64,000 nucleotides of DNA, taken from the IMG/VR virus record IMGVR_UViG_3300043568_001465. One strand, given 5' to 3'. A program made the translations under genes and the position numbers. This document shows, piece by piece, positions 49,407 through 58,589 of the stretch (position 1 is its first letter; each line of letters begins with the position of its first letter). The DNA is from an uncultured virus (IMG/VR IMGVR_UViG_3300043568_001465) (Duplodnaviria > Heunggongvirae > Uroviricota > Caudoviricetes). The notes under the pieces were generated by a model. That model searched no databases. It worked only from the letters and a program-made list of their open reading frames with translations, and was not told the origin of the DNA.

Positions 49407-50962
49407 TGAGATTAATACTATCAGAACAACAATATCAAAGGTTAATCCTTGAAGCCGACAAAAGAAGTGTCATAATGAGTTCACTTGGTTTTAACCAGGC
49501 ATGGGCAGATGCATTTCACCGTATAAGTGACAAGGTATCTGTTTGGATTGCTGACGCATATCTAAAAGAAATGTTACAACAAGTTCCAAAACTATCTGAG
49601 ATGGATGATGCTGAACATAGAACAATGGTTATTGGAAGGATAAACGAACATTCACCACAAAACGAGAGATTTTGGTCAGAGATGATGCCAAATTTCAGAT
49701 ATATAATGGACTGGTTAAGAGGTACTAATGGCACTGTTAATTTAAGAAACTACAACTACCGTAATGCTTTAGAAGGTGCAACTGATTGGCACAATAGTTT
49801 AAGCGTGGAAGTTCAAATTAATTTCAACGAAACCAATGAAATATTTATTGACTATAGAGATAGTAGAGGTATTGGTTTTTATTGGGCTAACTTAGGAACT
49901 AGAGAATGTTCAGATGAAAAAGCTAGAATGGCTCATTGTGGTAGAGCTTCTCACGGTGTTTTATTATCATTGAGAGAGATTACGTCAAATGGTAATGGTG
50001 AATCACATGTGACCATAGATTATGATCAAGGTATTTTATATGATTTTCATGGGAGAGCTAATAGTAAACCATCATCAAGATACCATAGATACATTGTTGA
50101 TTTCTTAAAGAACACAATATATCCAGTTAACAAATTAAGTTCTAGTGGTGTTCATAGATACCAAGATAACTTCCATTTAGCAGATTTAACTGACGAACAA
50201 AGAAGAGATGTTTATGCTAGTAACCCATCATTGAAATATGATATTGAAAATGAAAACACTTGGCCGGAGATTATTGCAGCCATTCGTTCTGGTGAATTAA
50301 ATATAAACAACTACACATTCCTTATCGCGTTAGCTTTAATGCGTTTATCTGAATATGACCCAGAATTTATTGCAAAATATGATGTAGAAATGCAAACATT
50401 ATTTAATGCATTTGATACTAGTGAAAACGTGTTACCAACTGAGGAGGCAAAGAAAATATTTATGAAGATATATGGTGAGCGTCTTATTAATTATATGAAC
50501 ACCGATGAAGGTTTTGAAGAATTAATACCTACCACTAGTAAGTTTAAAGGTATTCTTAGAAGAATTAGTATGGAGTTCATTAACGTTTACCAACAGTTCT
50601 GCCCATTAATTGATAAAGGTTTTAGAAAGTGGGAAAGCGAGTTAGCTGATTTATTATCCACACCTAGATTAAGAAAGAAAATATTAAGATGTACCAATGT
50701 TGTTGATTTTTTAAATCAATACTCTGACTTCTCAACATTTGATAGTGAAGGTAATGCTTTAGTTAGAATTGACGATGAAAGTGGTGAATGGGGAATGGTT
50801 AACAGCCAAAACGAATTCATTGTTGAACCAGATTACATTGCATTAAACTATAGTCCAATGGATAGAGATAAATTAATATTAATTGGTAAAAAACGTGACG
50901 GGTCTTTCTGGAAGATTAACTTAAGAACAAATGAAATAAAGCAATTAGCTGCTCGTTCTTAA
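49406..50962 (+). CDS. Putative virion protein with PcfJ-like segment and C-terminal WG-like repeat
   Basis: EKARMAHCG...LSLR...HVTI...GRANSKP; EWGMVNSQNEFIVEPDY. Confidence 0.5.
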   Translation: MRLILSEQQYQRLILEADKRSVIMSSLGFNQAWADAFHRISDKVSVWIADAYLKEMLQQVPKLSEMDDAEHRTMVIGRINEHSPQNERFWSEMMPNFRYIMDWLRGTNGTVNLRNYNYRNALEGATDWHNSLSVEVQINFNETNEIFIDYRDSRGIGFYWANLGTRECSDEKARMAHCGRASHGVLLSLREITSNGNGESHVTIDYDQGILYDFHGRANSKPSSRYHRYIVDFLKNTIYPVNKLSSSGVHRYQDNFHLADLTDEQRRDVYASNPSLKYDIENENTWPEIIAAIRSGELNINNYTFLIALALMRLSEYDPEFIAKYDVEMQTLFNAFDTSENVLPTEEAKKIFMKIYGERLINYMNTDEGFEELIPTTSKFKGILRRISMEFINVYQQFCPLIDKGFRKWESELADLLSTPRLRKKILRCTNVVDFLNQYSDFSTFDSEGNALVRIDDESGEWGMVNSQNEFIVEPDYIALNYSPMDRDKLILIGKKRDGSFWKINLRTNEIKQLAARS

Positions 50963-51402
50963 TAACTTAATCGTCCCTTAACTGGGGCTGAAACGTGCCC
51001 ATCAGAAAGTACTAACATACCATCTTGATATGGTAATGTTTCGTTAGTGCCGGCAATAAACCAATCACCTTTTTTCTGGAAGATGTAAACATTACGACAA
51101 CCTAAAAATTGATTTAATCTGTCTTTAGTTGTCCTTGTTTCCCAACCACCAGTGCTAACAGTTAAAACACCAGTTGGGTCCATCTTAACAATATATGTTC
51201 TGTGGTATTTTATACCGATTGTAAACTCATCAATTTGTTCAACAAAAGTATTGTGTCCAATTTTCTTGGACGATTTTCCGCCTAGATATTCAACTAAATC
51301 GTTGAAATCGGTATAATGACATGCTAATTTAGCTTCATTTAAATGAATTTTACCCACCAAATTCATTACTTGCTCTTCTGTTAAAATGATTTTTTTGCCC
51401 AT
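50959..51402 (-). CDS. Hypothetical phage protein
   Basis: TGGWETRTTKDRLN; N-terminal IILTEEQ motif; TATTTAT upstream. Confidence 0.6.
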   Translation of the reverse strand: MGKKIILTEEQVMNLVGKIHLNEAKLACHYTDFNDLVEYLGGKSSKKIGHNTFVEQIDEFTIGIKYHRTYIVKMDPTGVLTVSTGGWETRTTKDRLNQFLGCRNVYIFQKKGDWFIAGTNETLPYQDGMLVLSDGHVSAPVKGRLSY

Positions 51403-51425
51403 AATAATATAAATATCACAACATT

Positions 51426-51457
51426 TTTGTTTTTTAAAGTATTTTCCTATATATTAG
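51426..51457 (+). promoter_or_regulatory. Bacteroidota-type promoter
   Basis: TTTG-N20-TATATTAG, 4 nt before ATG 51462. Confidence 0.55.
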
Positions 51458-51461
51458 TCAA

Positions 51462-51953
51462 ATGATAGAAAAAATAGACAAAATATATGTTTATTTGGAT
51501 GATATTCGAACACCTACATCCAATAATTGGATTGTTGTAAGAAATTACAAGGAATTTGTTGATATCATTAATGAACATGGATTGGATAACATTGAAGTTA
51601 TCTCATTGGATCATGATCTTGGTGAGACGGCTATGATTGAATATTACAACAATGTAAAAAAGAATTATGTTTTAGAGTATAGTAATATTGAGGAGAAAAC
51701 CGGATATGATGCTTGCAAATACCTTGTGAGTAAAAGTATGGAAACGGGAATACCACTTCCTCAAATATATGTTCACTCCGCAAATCCAATCGGTAGCGCT
51801 AATATGATGGGGTATATTAACAATTACTTTAAGAATTGCAGAACCCCTCAAACATGTATACAAGCAAGTACGCCACACACAGTTGATGAATCCTTATACT
51901 TATCCCCTGAAGCTAGAAAAGCAAAATGGGATAGAACCAAAACAGAAGAATAA
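51462..51953 (+). CDS. Cyclic-phosphate-processing receiver-like domain protein
   Basis: YLDDIR, ISLDHDLG, TGYD, VHSANPIG. Confidence 0.75.
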   Translation: MIEKIDKIYVYLDDIRTPTSNNWIVVRNYKEFVDIINEHGLDNIEVISLDHDLGETAMIEYYNNVKKNYVLEYSNIEEKTGYDACKYLVSKSMETGIPLPQIYVHSANPIGSANMMGYINNYFKNCRTPQTCIQASTPHTVDESLYLSPEARKAKWDRTKTEE

Positions 51954-52981
51954 TGACACATGGATCGTTTTTTAGTGGTATAGGTGGCTTTGATTTAGCC
52001 GCTGAATGGGTTGGGTGGGAAAATAAATTTCATTGCGAAATTGAGCCCTTCTGTCAAAAAGTTTTAAATCATTATTGGCCGGATGCGGAATTATTTGAAA
52101 ACATAAAAACAGCAAATTTTGAAAAATATAGAAATAAAGTCCGAGTTATTAGTGGAGGATTCCCATGTCAACCATATTCAATCGCGGGTAAGCGACTTGG
52201 TAAGGAAGACGATCGTCACCTCTGGCCTTTCATGCTTGAAGGTATTAGACAAATCAACCCAGATTACGTCGTGGGCGAAAATGTTTTTGGCCTCACTAGT
52301 TGGAATGAAGGATTGGTCCTCGAAGAGGTGTGTCTTGACCTGGAAAACGAAGGTTACCAAGTACAACCGATTATTGTTCCAGCTGCAGGTGTCGGTGCTC
52401 CGCACAAAAGAGATAGAATCTGGATCGTGGCTTCTAAAAACACCAACAAAAATGGATGGGGAAGTTTCAAGCGGAAAATCCAATCCAGTTTCGGGGAACA
52501 GTGGGACCTTAGCACAGGAGATTATGAGTGGTTATCAACCGACGATGAAGAAGTTGGGGCTACTACCGACGCCAACAACACAGGAGATAGAACATCCGAA
52601 CGCAATATTATCACCAACGGGTCGCAGAGTAGCGCGCAATGGGGAAACTCACAGCTTGAATCTGGCGGACATGGCGATAAGAGGAATGTTACCGACAGTA
52701 ATGGCGAGAGATTTCAGGGGAGCGAGATCATTGGAAGCGTTGGAGAAATCGGGCAGAGGGAAAAACAATTCCCTCCCAGATTATTACGCACAAACTGGGA
52801 AGAGTTCCCAACTCAATCCCCGATTTGTACTGGAGATGATGGGCTTCCCAGCGAATTGGACGGAATTGCCGTTTCAAAATGGAAAAAACAAACAATAATG
52901 GCATCTGGTAATGCTATTGTTCCTAACATCGCATACAATATATTTCAAGTAATTCAACAAATGGATAAATTAACAGTATGA
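51953..52981 (+). CDS. dcm: C5 cytosine DNA methyltransferase, large (alpha) polypeptide
   Basis: FSGIGG (I), GGFPCQ (IV), ENV (VI), HKRDRIW (VIII), GNAIVP (X); no recognisable motif IX. Confidence 0.85.
   Translation: MTHGSFFSGIGGFDLAAEWVGWENKFHCEIEPFCQKVLNHYWPDAELFENIKTANFEKYRNKVRVISGGFPCQPYSIAGKRLGKEDDRHLWPFMLEGIRQINPDYVVGENVFGLTSWNEGLVLEEVCLDLENEGYQVQPIIVPAAGVGAPHKRDRIWIVASKNTNKNGWGSFKRKIQSSFGEQWDLSTGDYEWLSTDDEEVGATTDANNTGDRTSERNIITNGSQSSAQWGNSQLESGGHGDKRNVTDSNGERFQGSEIIGSVGEIGQREKQFPPRLLRTNWEEFPTQSPICTGDDGLPSELDGIAVSKWKKQTIMASGNAIVPNIAYNIFQVIQQMDKLTV
52281..52898 (+). CDS. Nested alternative-frame methyltransferase small (beta) polypeptide carrying motif IX
   Basis: Frame open 52119-52898 inside dcm; LLKTPT/LLPTPT/MLPTV repeats and LNPRFVLEMMGFPANWT. 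Start uncertain (first ATG at 52281). Confidence 0.7.
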   Translation: MFLASLVGMKDWSSKRCVLTWKTKVTKYNRLLFQLQVSVLRTKEIESGSWLLKTPTKMDGEVSSGKSNPVSGNSGTLAQEIMSGYQPTMKKLGLLPTPTTQEIEHPNAILSPTGRRVARNGETHSLNLADMAIRGMLPTVMARDFRGARSLEALEKSGRGKNNSLPDYYAQTGKSSQLNPRFVLEMMGFPANWTELPFQNGKNKQ

Positions 52982-53172
52982 AAAAAATCATTGGCTTGTT
53001 TCTCATAACACTATTCTTTTCTTCTTGTAATCCCCGTTTGTATATTATTGGTAGTGGTATGAGATATCACAATCTTTCACAAAACAAATATCAACCCAGT
53101 AAACATAGAAAGAAAGTAAATGTTGGCTCAAGTCGATATTCACCAGTATGGTTTATACTAAGAAAATTTTAA
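52978..53172 (+). CDS. Small lipoprotein-like protein
   Basis: MKKIIGLFLITLFFSSC lipobox-like signal. Confidence 0.55.
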   Translation: MKKIIGLFLITLFFSSCNPRLYIIGSGMRYHNLSQNKYQPSKHRKKVNVGSSRYSPVWFILRKF

Positions 53173-53183
53173 AATAAAAAAAT

Positions 53184-53855
53184 ATGATTTACGTATCAAT
53201 AGACATCGAGACATCAGGTCTTGACCACGAGAAACACAAAGTACTATCTATCGGTGCAATCATCGAAGATACTGAAAAGAAATTACCATTCGATGAGTGT
53301 CCCAAGTTCAACGCCATTGTTCTTCAAAATGATATTGTTGGTTCACCTAGAGCGTTGGATATGAACGCTGAAATCATTCACTATATGAGTGAGTATATGG
53401 AAGCAAACAAACACACTGAACTGCAAGCTGAATACAGAAGATTATCTGGGTATGAATTTTATAAGGAAGATGAAGTGGTTGCGGAATTTTATCGTTTCCT
53501 TTTTGGAAATGGATTTGGGTATGAATTAGGACCTGGTGATTTTGTTAACACCATTTATGGTGTTGATTATCCTGCGATAGGTGGTAAAACAAAACCAATT
53601 ACATTAAATGTTGCGGGTAAGAACTTTGGAACCTTTGATAAATTATTCTTACAAGAACTTCCTTGGTGGCAGAAGTTAATTCGTACTCGTCAAAGAGTAT
53701 TAGACCCAGCAATTTTAATGGTTGATTGGAAGAATGATACGTCATTACCAAACTTAATGACTTGTAAAGAACGTGCTGATATTCAAGGCATTGTGACACA
53801 TAATGCATTGGAAGATGCTTGGGATGTTATTGAGGTTCTAAGAAAATTTTATTAA
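53184..53855 (+). CDS. DEDDh 3'-5' exonuclease
   Basis: SIDIETSG, NFGTFD, LD, HNALEDA. Confidence 0.85.
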   Translation: MIYVSIDIETSGLDHEKHKVLSIGAIIEDTEKKLPFDECPKFNAIVLQNDIVGSPRALDMNAEIIHYMSEYMEANKHTELQAEYRRLSGYEFYKEDEVVAEFYRFLFGNGFGYELGPGDFVNTIYGVDYPAIGGKTKPITLNVAGKNFGTFDKLFLQELPWWQKLIRTRQRVLDPAILMVDWKNDTSLPNLMTCKERADIQGIVTHNALEDAWDVIEVLRKFY

Positions 53856-53918
53856 TAATAATATTTTTTTTGTTTTTAATAAAAAAATAATAATTTTACA
53901 CCATAAACAAATTTAATT

Positions 53919-54590
53919 ATGCAACAAGTAACATTAAACAAAAACAGTTGGCACTACAAGTATTATTCTACAGTCGTAGGTGATTACGCACCAAAATCTT
54001 TATGTCCATATTTCTGGACTATGGTTATTTTAATCATATTATCTCCACTTTTTCTTATTGTAATAGGGTCAATAAAATTTATGGATAAACTCATTAATTT
54101 TTTTGATAAAATAACAATCATTAAAAGTAAAAAAGAAGTAAGAGAGGTTAAAATAAAAACCGAACAAGAGTGGGATGTGTGGTTTGATGAACAAGAAAAA
54201 ATAGCATTAGCAAAGAGAAAAAGATGGGATAATATATCACATAAATTTTCGTTAGTATTTGGATGGGTTATAGTTCCATTAATATTTGCCTGTGCGATTT
54301 GGCAGGGTTACAATTTAATTGTAAAGCACGGTATAGTACCAATTATAGTTGTTCTTTTAATTATATTAGTATTTGTTGGCGTTATATGGGGGTTCATCTG
54401 GGTTGCAAATACATATGCGAACAAAACTGGTAAACATTTAATGACATTTTTTAAGTTTATAAATCCACTCAGATTTAAATTCGTACAAATCATTGGTGAA
54501 ATGATTAAAGCGTGGTATACTAAAGCGTGCCCATTAATTACTTGGGAAGGTAAAAGTCAGGACGAATTAAATTTTATTGGCAATGACTAA
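53919..54590 (+). CDS. Membrane protein
   Basis: SLCPYFW, three TM segments, KACPLITW. Confidence 0.6.
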   Translation: MQQVTLNKNSWHYKYYSTVVGDYAPKSLCPYFWTMVILIILSPLFLIVIGSIKFMDKLINFFDKITIIKSKKEVREVKIKTEQEWDVWFDEQEKIALAKRKRWDNISHKFSLVFGWVIVPLIFACAIWQGYNLIVKHGIVPIIVVLLIILVFVGVIWGFIWVANTYANKTGKHLMTFFKFINPLRFKFVQIIGEMIKAWYTKACPLITWEGKSQDELNFIGND

Positions 54591-54789
54591 ATTTTTTGAA
54601 TACAAAGAAGTTAAGCACGTTGATTATATCAAGATTGACGAGATGAATTTATTGGGTCGAGAAGGATGGGAACTTATTTTATGTGATGCTGGTTCGTATA
54701 TCTTTAAAAGAGAAATCACAGACACACTAAAAAATGATCCATGGGGTGATATTGGTATAGAAAAAAATAAACCATTTCAATATGAATAA
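54577..54789 (+). CDS. DUF4177-like small protein
   Basis: FEYK...MNLLGREGWELI....FKR. Confidence 0.55.
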   Translation: MAMTKFFEYKEVKHVDYIKIDEMNLLGREGWELILCDAGSYIFKREITDTLKNDPWGDIGIEKNKPFQYE

Positions 54790-55018
54790 GCGAAACTACG
54801 ATGGTGTTGATTGTGCCTGTGGATTTTTTACAATGTCCGCAATTATTTTAACAATCATAAAAATGAATTTCTATGATGAGTTATCTTGGTGGACTGTTAC
54901 ACTACCAATCTGGGGACCAACTGTTTTAGTTAGTTCAGTTGTTCTTTATTTTTATTGTTTAACAAAACTAAGTGATTTAGCTAAAAGGGAATATAAGATA
55001 AAAAACAATGGGAATTAA
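54782..55018 (+). CDS. Small membrane protein
   Basis: SWWTVTLPIW pattern with two TM segments. Confidence 0.6.
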   Translation: MNKRNYDGVDCACGFFTMSAIILTIIKMNFYDELSWWTVTLPIWGPTVLVSSVVLYFYCLTKLSDLAKREYKIKNNGN

Positions 55019-55511
55019 TTACTATCGCATACCAACACACGAGGAGATGGAAGCTCGTAAACAAACCTTAATTGGTTTTATAACTAATCTTGAACTATCT
55101 CCCGAGAATATTGAAGGTGGGTTTAAATTAATCAGTCCAAGAAAAGAATGGGAATGGTTTTCACCCTGGGATATGTTTTTAGAAGATACCAATATACATC
55201 TAGGTAAGAGAAGTGCTGGTTGGAAATTCTGTTGGAATTTTCATAAAGATAAACACTATCATGATAAAGAAAGTTTATTGGAGTTCATTCGTTCTGGTAG
55301 AGTTGTTGATGAATATGGTGAAGAACAAAATGTTGAGGAGTTCATTACGATGGCACTTGAATGGGGTCAACCAGATGGTTGGGTTGTAAATGAAATTTAT
55401 CGTTTAAAAGAAAGGGCTAAAGGTCATGGTTCTTATTGGACCGATAATGAGAAATATGATGATTTAATGATTGATGGGTTAAGAGTTTCATCAGCAACAG
55501 ATTTTTGTTAA
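55008..55511 (+). CDS. Conserved phage hypothetical protein
   Basis: MGINYY, IHLGKRSAGWKF, VDEYG, DFC terminus. Confidence 0.6.
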   Translation: MGINYYRIPTHEEMEARKQTLIGFITNLELSPENIEGGFKLISPRKEWEWFSPWDMFLEDTNIHLGKRSAGWKFCWNFHKDKHYHDKESLLEFIRSGRVVDEYGEEQNVEEFITMALEWGQPDGWVVNEIYRLKERAKGHGSYWTDNEKYDDLMIDGLRVSSATDFC

Positions 55512-55529
55512 AAATATTTTTTTTGATTA

Positions 55530-56186
55530 ATGATAAAGATAGATAAAGATATAAAAGTTTGGATAACATCCGACACGCATTATTCACACAAGAATATTTG
55601 TAGAGGAACAACTAACTGGAGATTACCTGATGGTTCAAAACCAGAAGAACAAACACGCCCATTTGAGACCATTGATAAAATGAATGCAGCAATCGTCAAC
55701 AACATTAATAGTGTTGTTGGTCAAGACGATGTGCTAATACATTTAGGTGATTGGTCCTTTGGTGGGTTTGAAAACATCGAGGAATTCTATCATAGATTAA
55801 TCTGTAAGAATATTCATTTAATATTGGGTAACCACGACCATCACATCGATAGAAATAGGTCCGATATAAAGAAATTATTTACTAGTGTTAGTTGGTTCGA
55901 GCAATTCGAATACCAAGGTGAAACACTTGAGTGTATGCATTATCCAATTAGTTCTTGGAACGCGCTTAGAAAGGGTAGAATACACCTTCACGGTCATTGT
56001 CATCTACCTAACCATCTAAAGATAAGTAATGGTAGGAGAATGGACGTTGGTTTAGATGGTCATCTAGAGTTCCGACCATATGATTTGCATCGTGAGGTAA
56101 TCAATCCATTAAAGAGATTACAGATAGGATCTGAGTTAGGTGCATTAGACCACCATATCGATTTATTAGGACACGAGAAACAATGA
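55530..56186 (+). CDS. Calcineurin-like metallophosphoesterase
   Basis: SDTH, HLGD, GNHD, HYP, HGHCH. Confidence 0.9.
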   Translation: MIKIDKDIKVWITSDTHYSHKNICRGTTNWRLPDGSKPEEQTRPFETIDKMNAAIVNNINSVVGQDDVLIHLGDWSFGGFENIEEFYHRLICKNIHLILGNHDHHIDRNRSDIKKLFTSVSWFEQFEYQGETLECMHYPISSWNALRKGRIHLHGHCHLPNHLKISNGRRMDVGLDGHLEFRPYDLHREVINPLKRLQIGSELGALDHHIDLLGHEKQ

Positions 56187-56356
56187 GAGAGTTCCCCAAA
56201 CCATTAGCCAATATTATGGCTATTTTGGCTGCGTTTACATTAGGTGGATATGTTACCCAAGAGTATATGTTCAACCAACCAGTTGAGGTGTCCCGCTACG
56301 TATTAACATTTGTATTCGGGTTTATATTTTATTTGTACGCAAACAAAGAGTCCTGA
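56183..56356 (+). CDS. 57-aa membrane protein (not in ORF track)
   Basis: MREFPKPLANIMAILAAFTLGG...; two TM segments; ATGA overlap. Confidence 0.5.
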   Translation: MREFPKPLANIMAILAAFTLGGYVTQEYMFNQPVEVSRYVLTFVFGFIFYLYANKES

Positions 56357-56367
56357 TATTTATTGGT

Positions 56368-56628
56368 ATGAAATTAATTATCACAGAATCCCAACTATCA
56401 TTAATCCAAGAATCATCCTACAATGGTTTGTTCGAGGGTGATAGTATCCGTGTAGCATCATTTCATAGAAGAAAGATGCCAAAAGCGGTTGAAAAGAACG
56501 TATTAGCATCTATTTCAAAGCAGGTCCCAGGTAACGCAACCTCATTTAAATTAAGGGCCGGTGAATACAATGATCTCGAAATTAATTTATTCGGACAATT
56601 ATTAGTATTTTTAAGGGGAGATTATTAA
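56368..56628 (+). CDS. Hypothetical protein with MKLIITESQ leader
   Basis: TATTTAT at 56357-56363; N-terminal motif shared with three other proteins. Confidence 0.6.
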   Translation: MKLIITESQLSLIQESSYNGLFEGDSIRVASFHRRKMPKAVEKNVLASISKQVPGNATSFKLRAGEYNDLEINLFGQLLVFLRGDY

Positions 56629-56632
56629 TCCA

Positions 56633-56664
56633 TTTGTTTTTCTGGGCTTTTTTATGTATATTTG
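56633..56664 (+). promoter_or_regulatory. Bacteroidota sigma70 promoter, full consensus
   Basis: TTTG-N20-TATATTTG (TAnnTTTG). Confidence 0.7.
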
Positions 56665-56682
56665 AGTATCTAAACTTAAAAT

Positions 56683-57081
56683 ATGCAAAACACACAAGTG
56701 CTTATCAGTCCCTACGTATTTCCAGGTTTAAAACTTAACGGATTATCCAAAAAACAGTTTGCATTTCTTAAAAAAGCCGTCGTAACAATTACGAGGGAAG
56801 AAATTGTTAACATCGTATTAGAAGGATGTGAAGTTACATTAGAACAATTGGTTTCCAGATGTCGTGAACGCGATATTGTTGACGCAAGAAAAATAACCTG
56901 CAAAGTTTTAAAAACAAAGTTTAACTATTCATTAAAATCTATCGGTGATTTTATTGGTGGTAGAGATCACACAACTGTGATTCATTCTATCACTGAGTTT
57001 GATTCATTGTATAGTAACAATGATGCGTTTAAAGCAAAGGCGGATAGAATTCTTGACAAGGTTGGTATTGAGATTAGATAA
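56683..57081 (+). CDS. Stand-alone DnaA C-terminal (domain IV) DNA-binding protein
   Basis: R.R.IVDAR, SLKSIGDFIGGRDHTTVIHS. Confidence 0.85.
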   Translation: MQNTQVLISPYVFPGLKLNGLSKKQFAFLKKAVVTITREEIVNIVLEGCEVTLEQLVSRCRERDIVDARKITCKVLKTKFNYSLKSIGDFIGGRDHTTVIHSITEFDSLYSNNDAFKAKADRILDKVGIEIR

Positions 57082-57112
57082 AAATAAAAGTTAGTATAAT
57101 GTAAAATTACGC

Positions 57113-57631
57113 ATGCAAACAAAAATGATTAAAGTACATCTTAAAGATGGTAAAATTTGTACAGATTTATTTGAAACCCCATCACAAGCAATAAAAAAAT
57201 ACGGCATAACAAACATCGCGAAACTAGAAGAAGTTAATGATAAAAAACTTATCATCACTAAACCTAGAGATTCGCAAATCATTTTAGAAGTTAGCAAGCG
57301 AACCGAAGAAGATTTAAAGTTATCTAAAGAATGTGGTTACACATTAGCATATACCAAACCATCAATGGATAAAATCTATAGCGGTATGGTGTTTGTTGAA
57401 TCATCTGATAAAAATGTGTTGGTATCAGAATTCCAACGCTTAGAGAAGTTCGATAAACTAGTACATTATCACTGGAAGAACATTGGTTACAAGCCGGCTA
57501 AAACTTGGAAGGTTGCTTTGTATCATAAGAATGCGAAGTTAATCACTAAAGAAGAAGCGGAGAAACAATATGGTAAATTAACTAACACCATCGGTGGTAT
57601 TGGTTACATCAATAGAACAAAGGCAAAGTAA
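57113..57631 (+). CDS. Hypothetical protein
   Basis: 172-aa ORF. Confidence 0.55.
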   Translation: MQTKMIKVHLKDGKICTDLFETPSQAIKKYGITNIAKLEEVNDKKLIITKPRDSQIILEVSKRTEEDLKLSKECGYTLAYTKPSMDKIYSGMVFVESSDKNVLVSEFQRLEKFDKLVHYHWKNIGYKPAKTWKVALYHKNAKLITKEEAEKQYGKLTNTIGGIGYINRTKAK

Positions 57632-57632
57632 T

Positions 57633-58250
57633 ATGAAAATATTAAACCTATATGCTGGCATCGGCGGAAACAGAAAACTCTGGGGTGATGAACATCAAGT
57701 AACTGCGGTTGAATTAAACCCTTTGATGGCAAACATTTACAAGGATTTGTTTCCGAATGATGAATTGGTTATTGGAGATGCTCACGAATATTTGCGTTTA
57801 CATTATAAAGAATTTGATTTTATCTGGACATCTCCGCCATGTCAAAGTCACTCATCATTTCGCCATAACATATGTGTTCGCTTTAGAGGAACCGAAGCTC
57901 ATTACCCTGACATGAAATTGTACGAGGAGATTATATTCCTTAAACATCATGCACAGGGATTATGGGTTGTTGAGAATGTTAAACCATACTATGAACCGCT
58001 TATCAAAGGTAATCTTATTCAGCGACATTTGTTCTGGAGTAATTTTGATATCCCAAATATTGAAATGAAGAAGGATGTAATTAGAAAAGCACAGATACCC
58101 GACCTAGAGAAGCATCATGGTTATGATTTATCAATGTACAAGTTACCGAATAAACGTCAAGTGTTAAGGAACTGTGTATACCCAGAACTAGGTAAGCACG
58201 TATTTGATTCAGCACTTGTTAAAACCGTGGAAAATGTTACCCAAGCGTAA
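57633..58250 (+). CDS. C5 cytosine DNA methyltransferase (compact)
   Basis: ILNLYAGIGG, WTSPPCQ, VENV, RHLFW, LRNCV; start reassigned to ATG 57633. Confidence 0.85.
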   Translation: MKILNLYAGIGGNRKLWGDEHQVTAVELNPLMANIYKDLFPNDELVIGDAHEYLRLHYKEFDFIWTSPPCQSHSSFRHNICVRFRGTEAHYPDMKLYEEIIFLKHHAQGLWVVENVKPYYEPLIKGNLIQRHLFWSNFDIPNIEMKKDVIRKAQIPDLEKHHGYDLSMYKLPNKRQVLRNCVYPELGKHVFDSALVKTVENVTQA

Positions 58251-58455
58251 AAGATTTTTCTTTCACTATTTTAAACAACGTAATTGTATGAGTATTCACT
58301 TTGATAAAAAATGCACACAGGTAGATGACGTTATATGTTTTGTTCCGACCGAAACAAAATGGAATAAAACACAACCTCATTTAGTTTTGCGTGGGTTTGC
58401 ACATTCAGTTGAGATTATTCAAGAAGATAACCATACAGTTGCTCACATCCGTTAA
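58234..58455 (+). CDS. Hypothetical phage protein
   Basis: RFFFHY...MSIHF...VPTETK...QPHLVLRG. Confidence 0.55.
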   Translation: MLPKRKRFFFHYFKQRNCMSIHFDKKCTQVDDVICFVPTETKWNKTQPHLVLRGFAHSVEIIQEDNHTVAHIR

Positions 58456-58589
58456 TACTTTTATATGAAAAGCAAAACAAAAAAACAAAAACCGAAGGTA
58501 GAACCAATTAATCCAATTAATTATTCTCATAGAATAAAACTTATGGATCAGTTGCTGATGGATATCGCAATGATGAAAAAACAAAAAAG

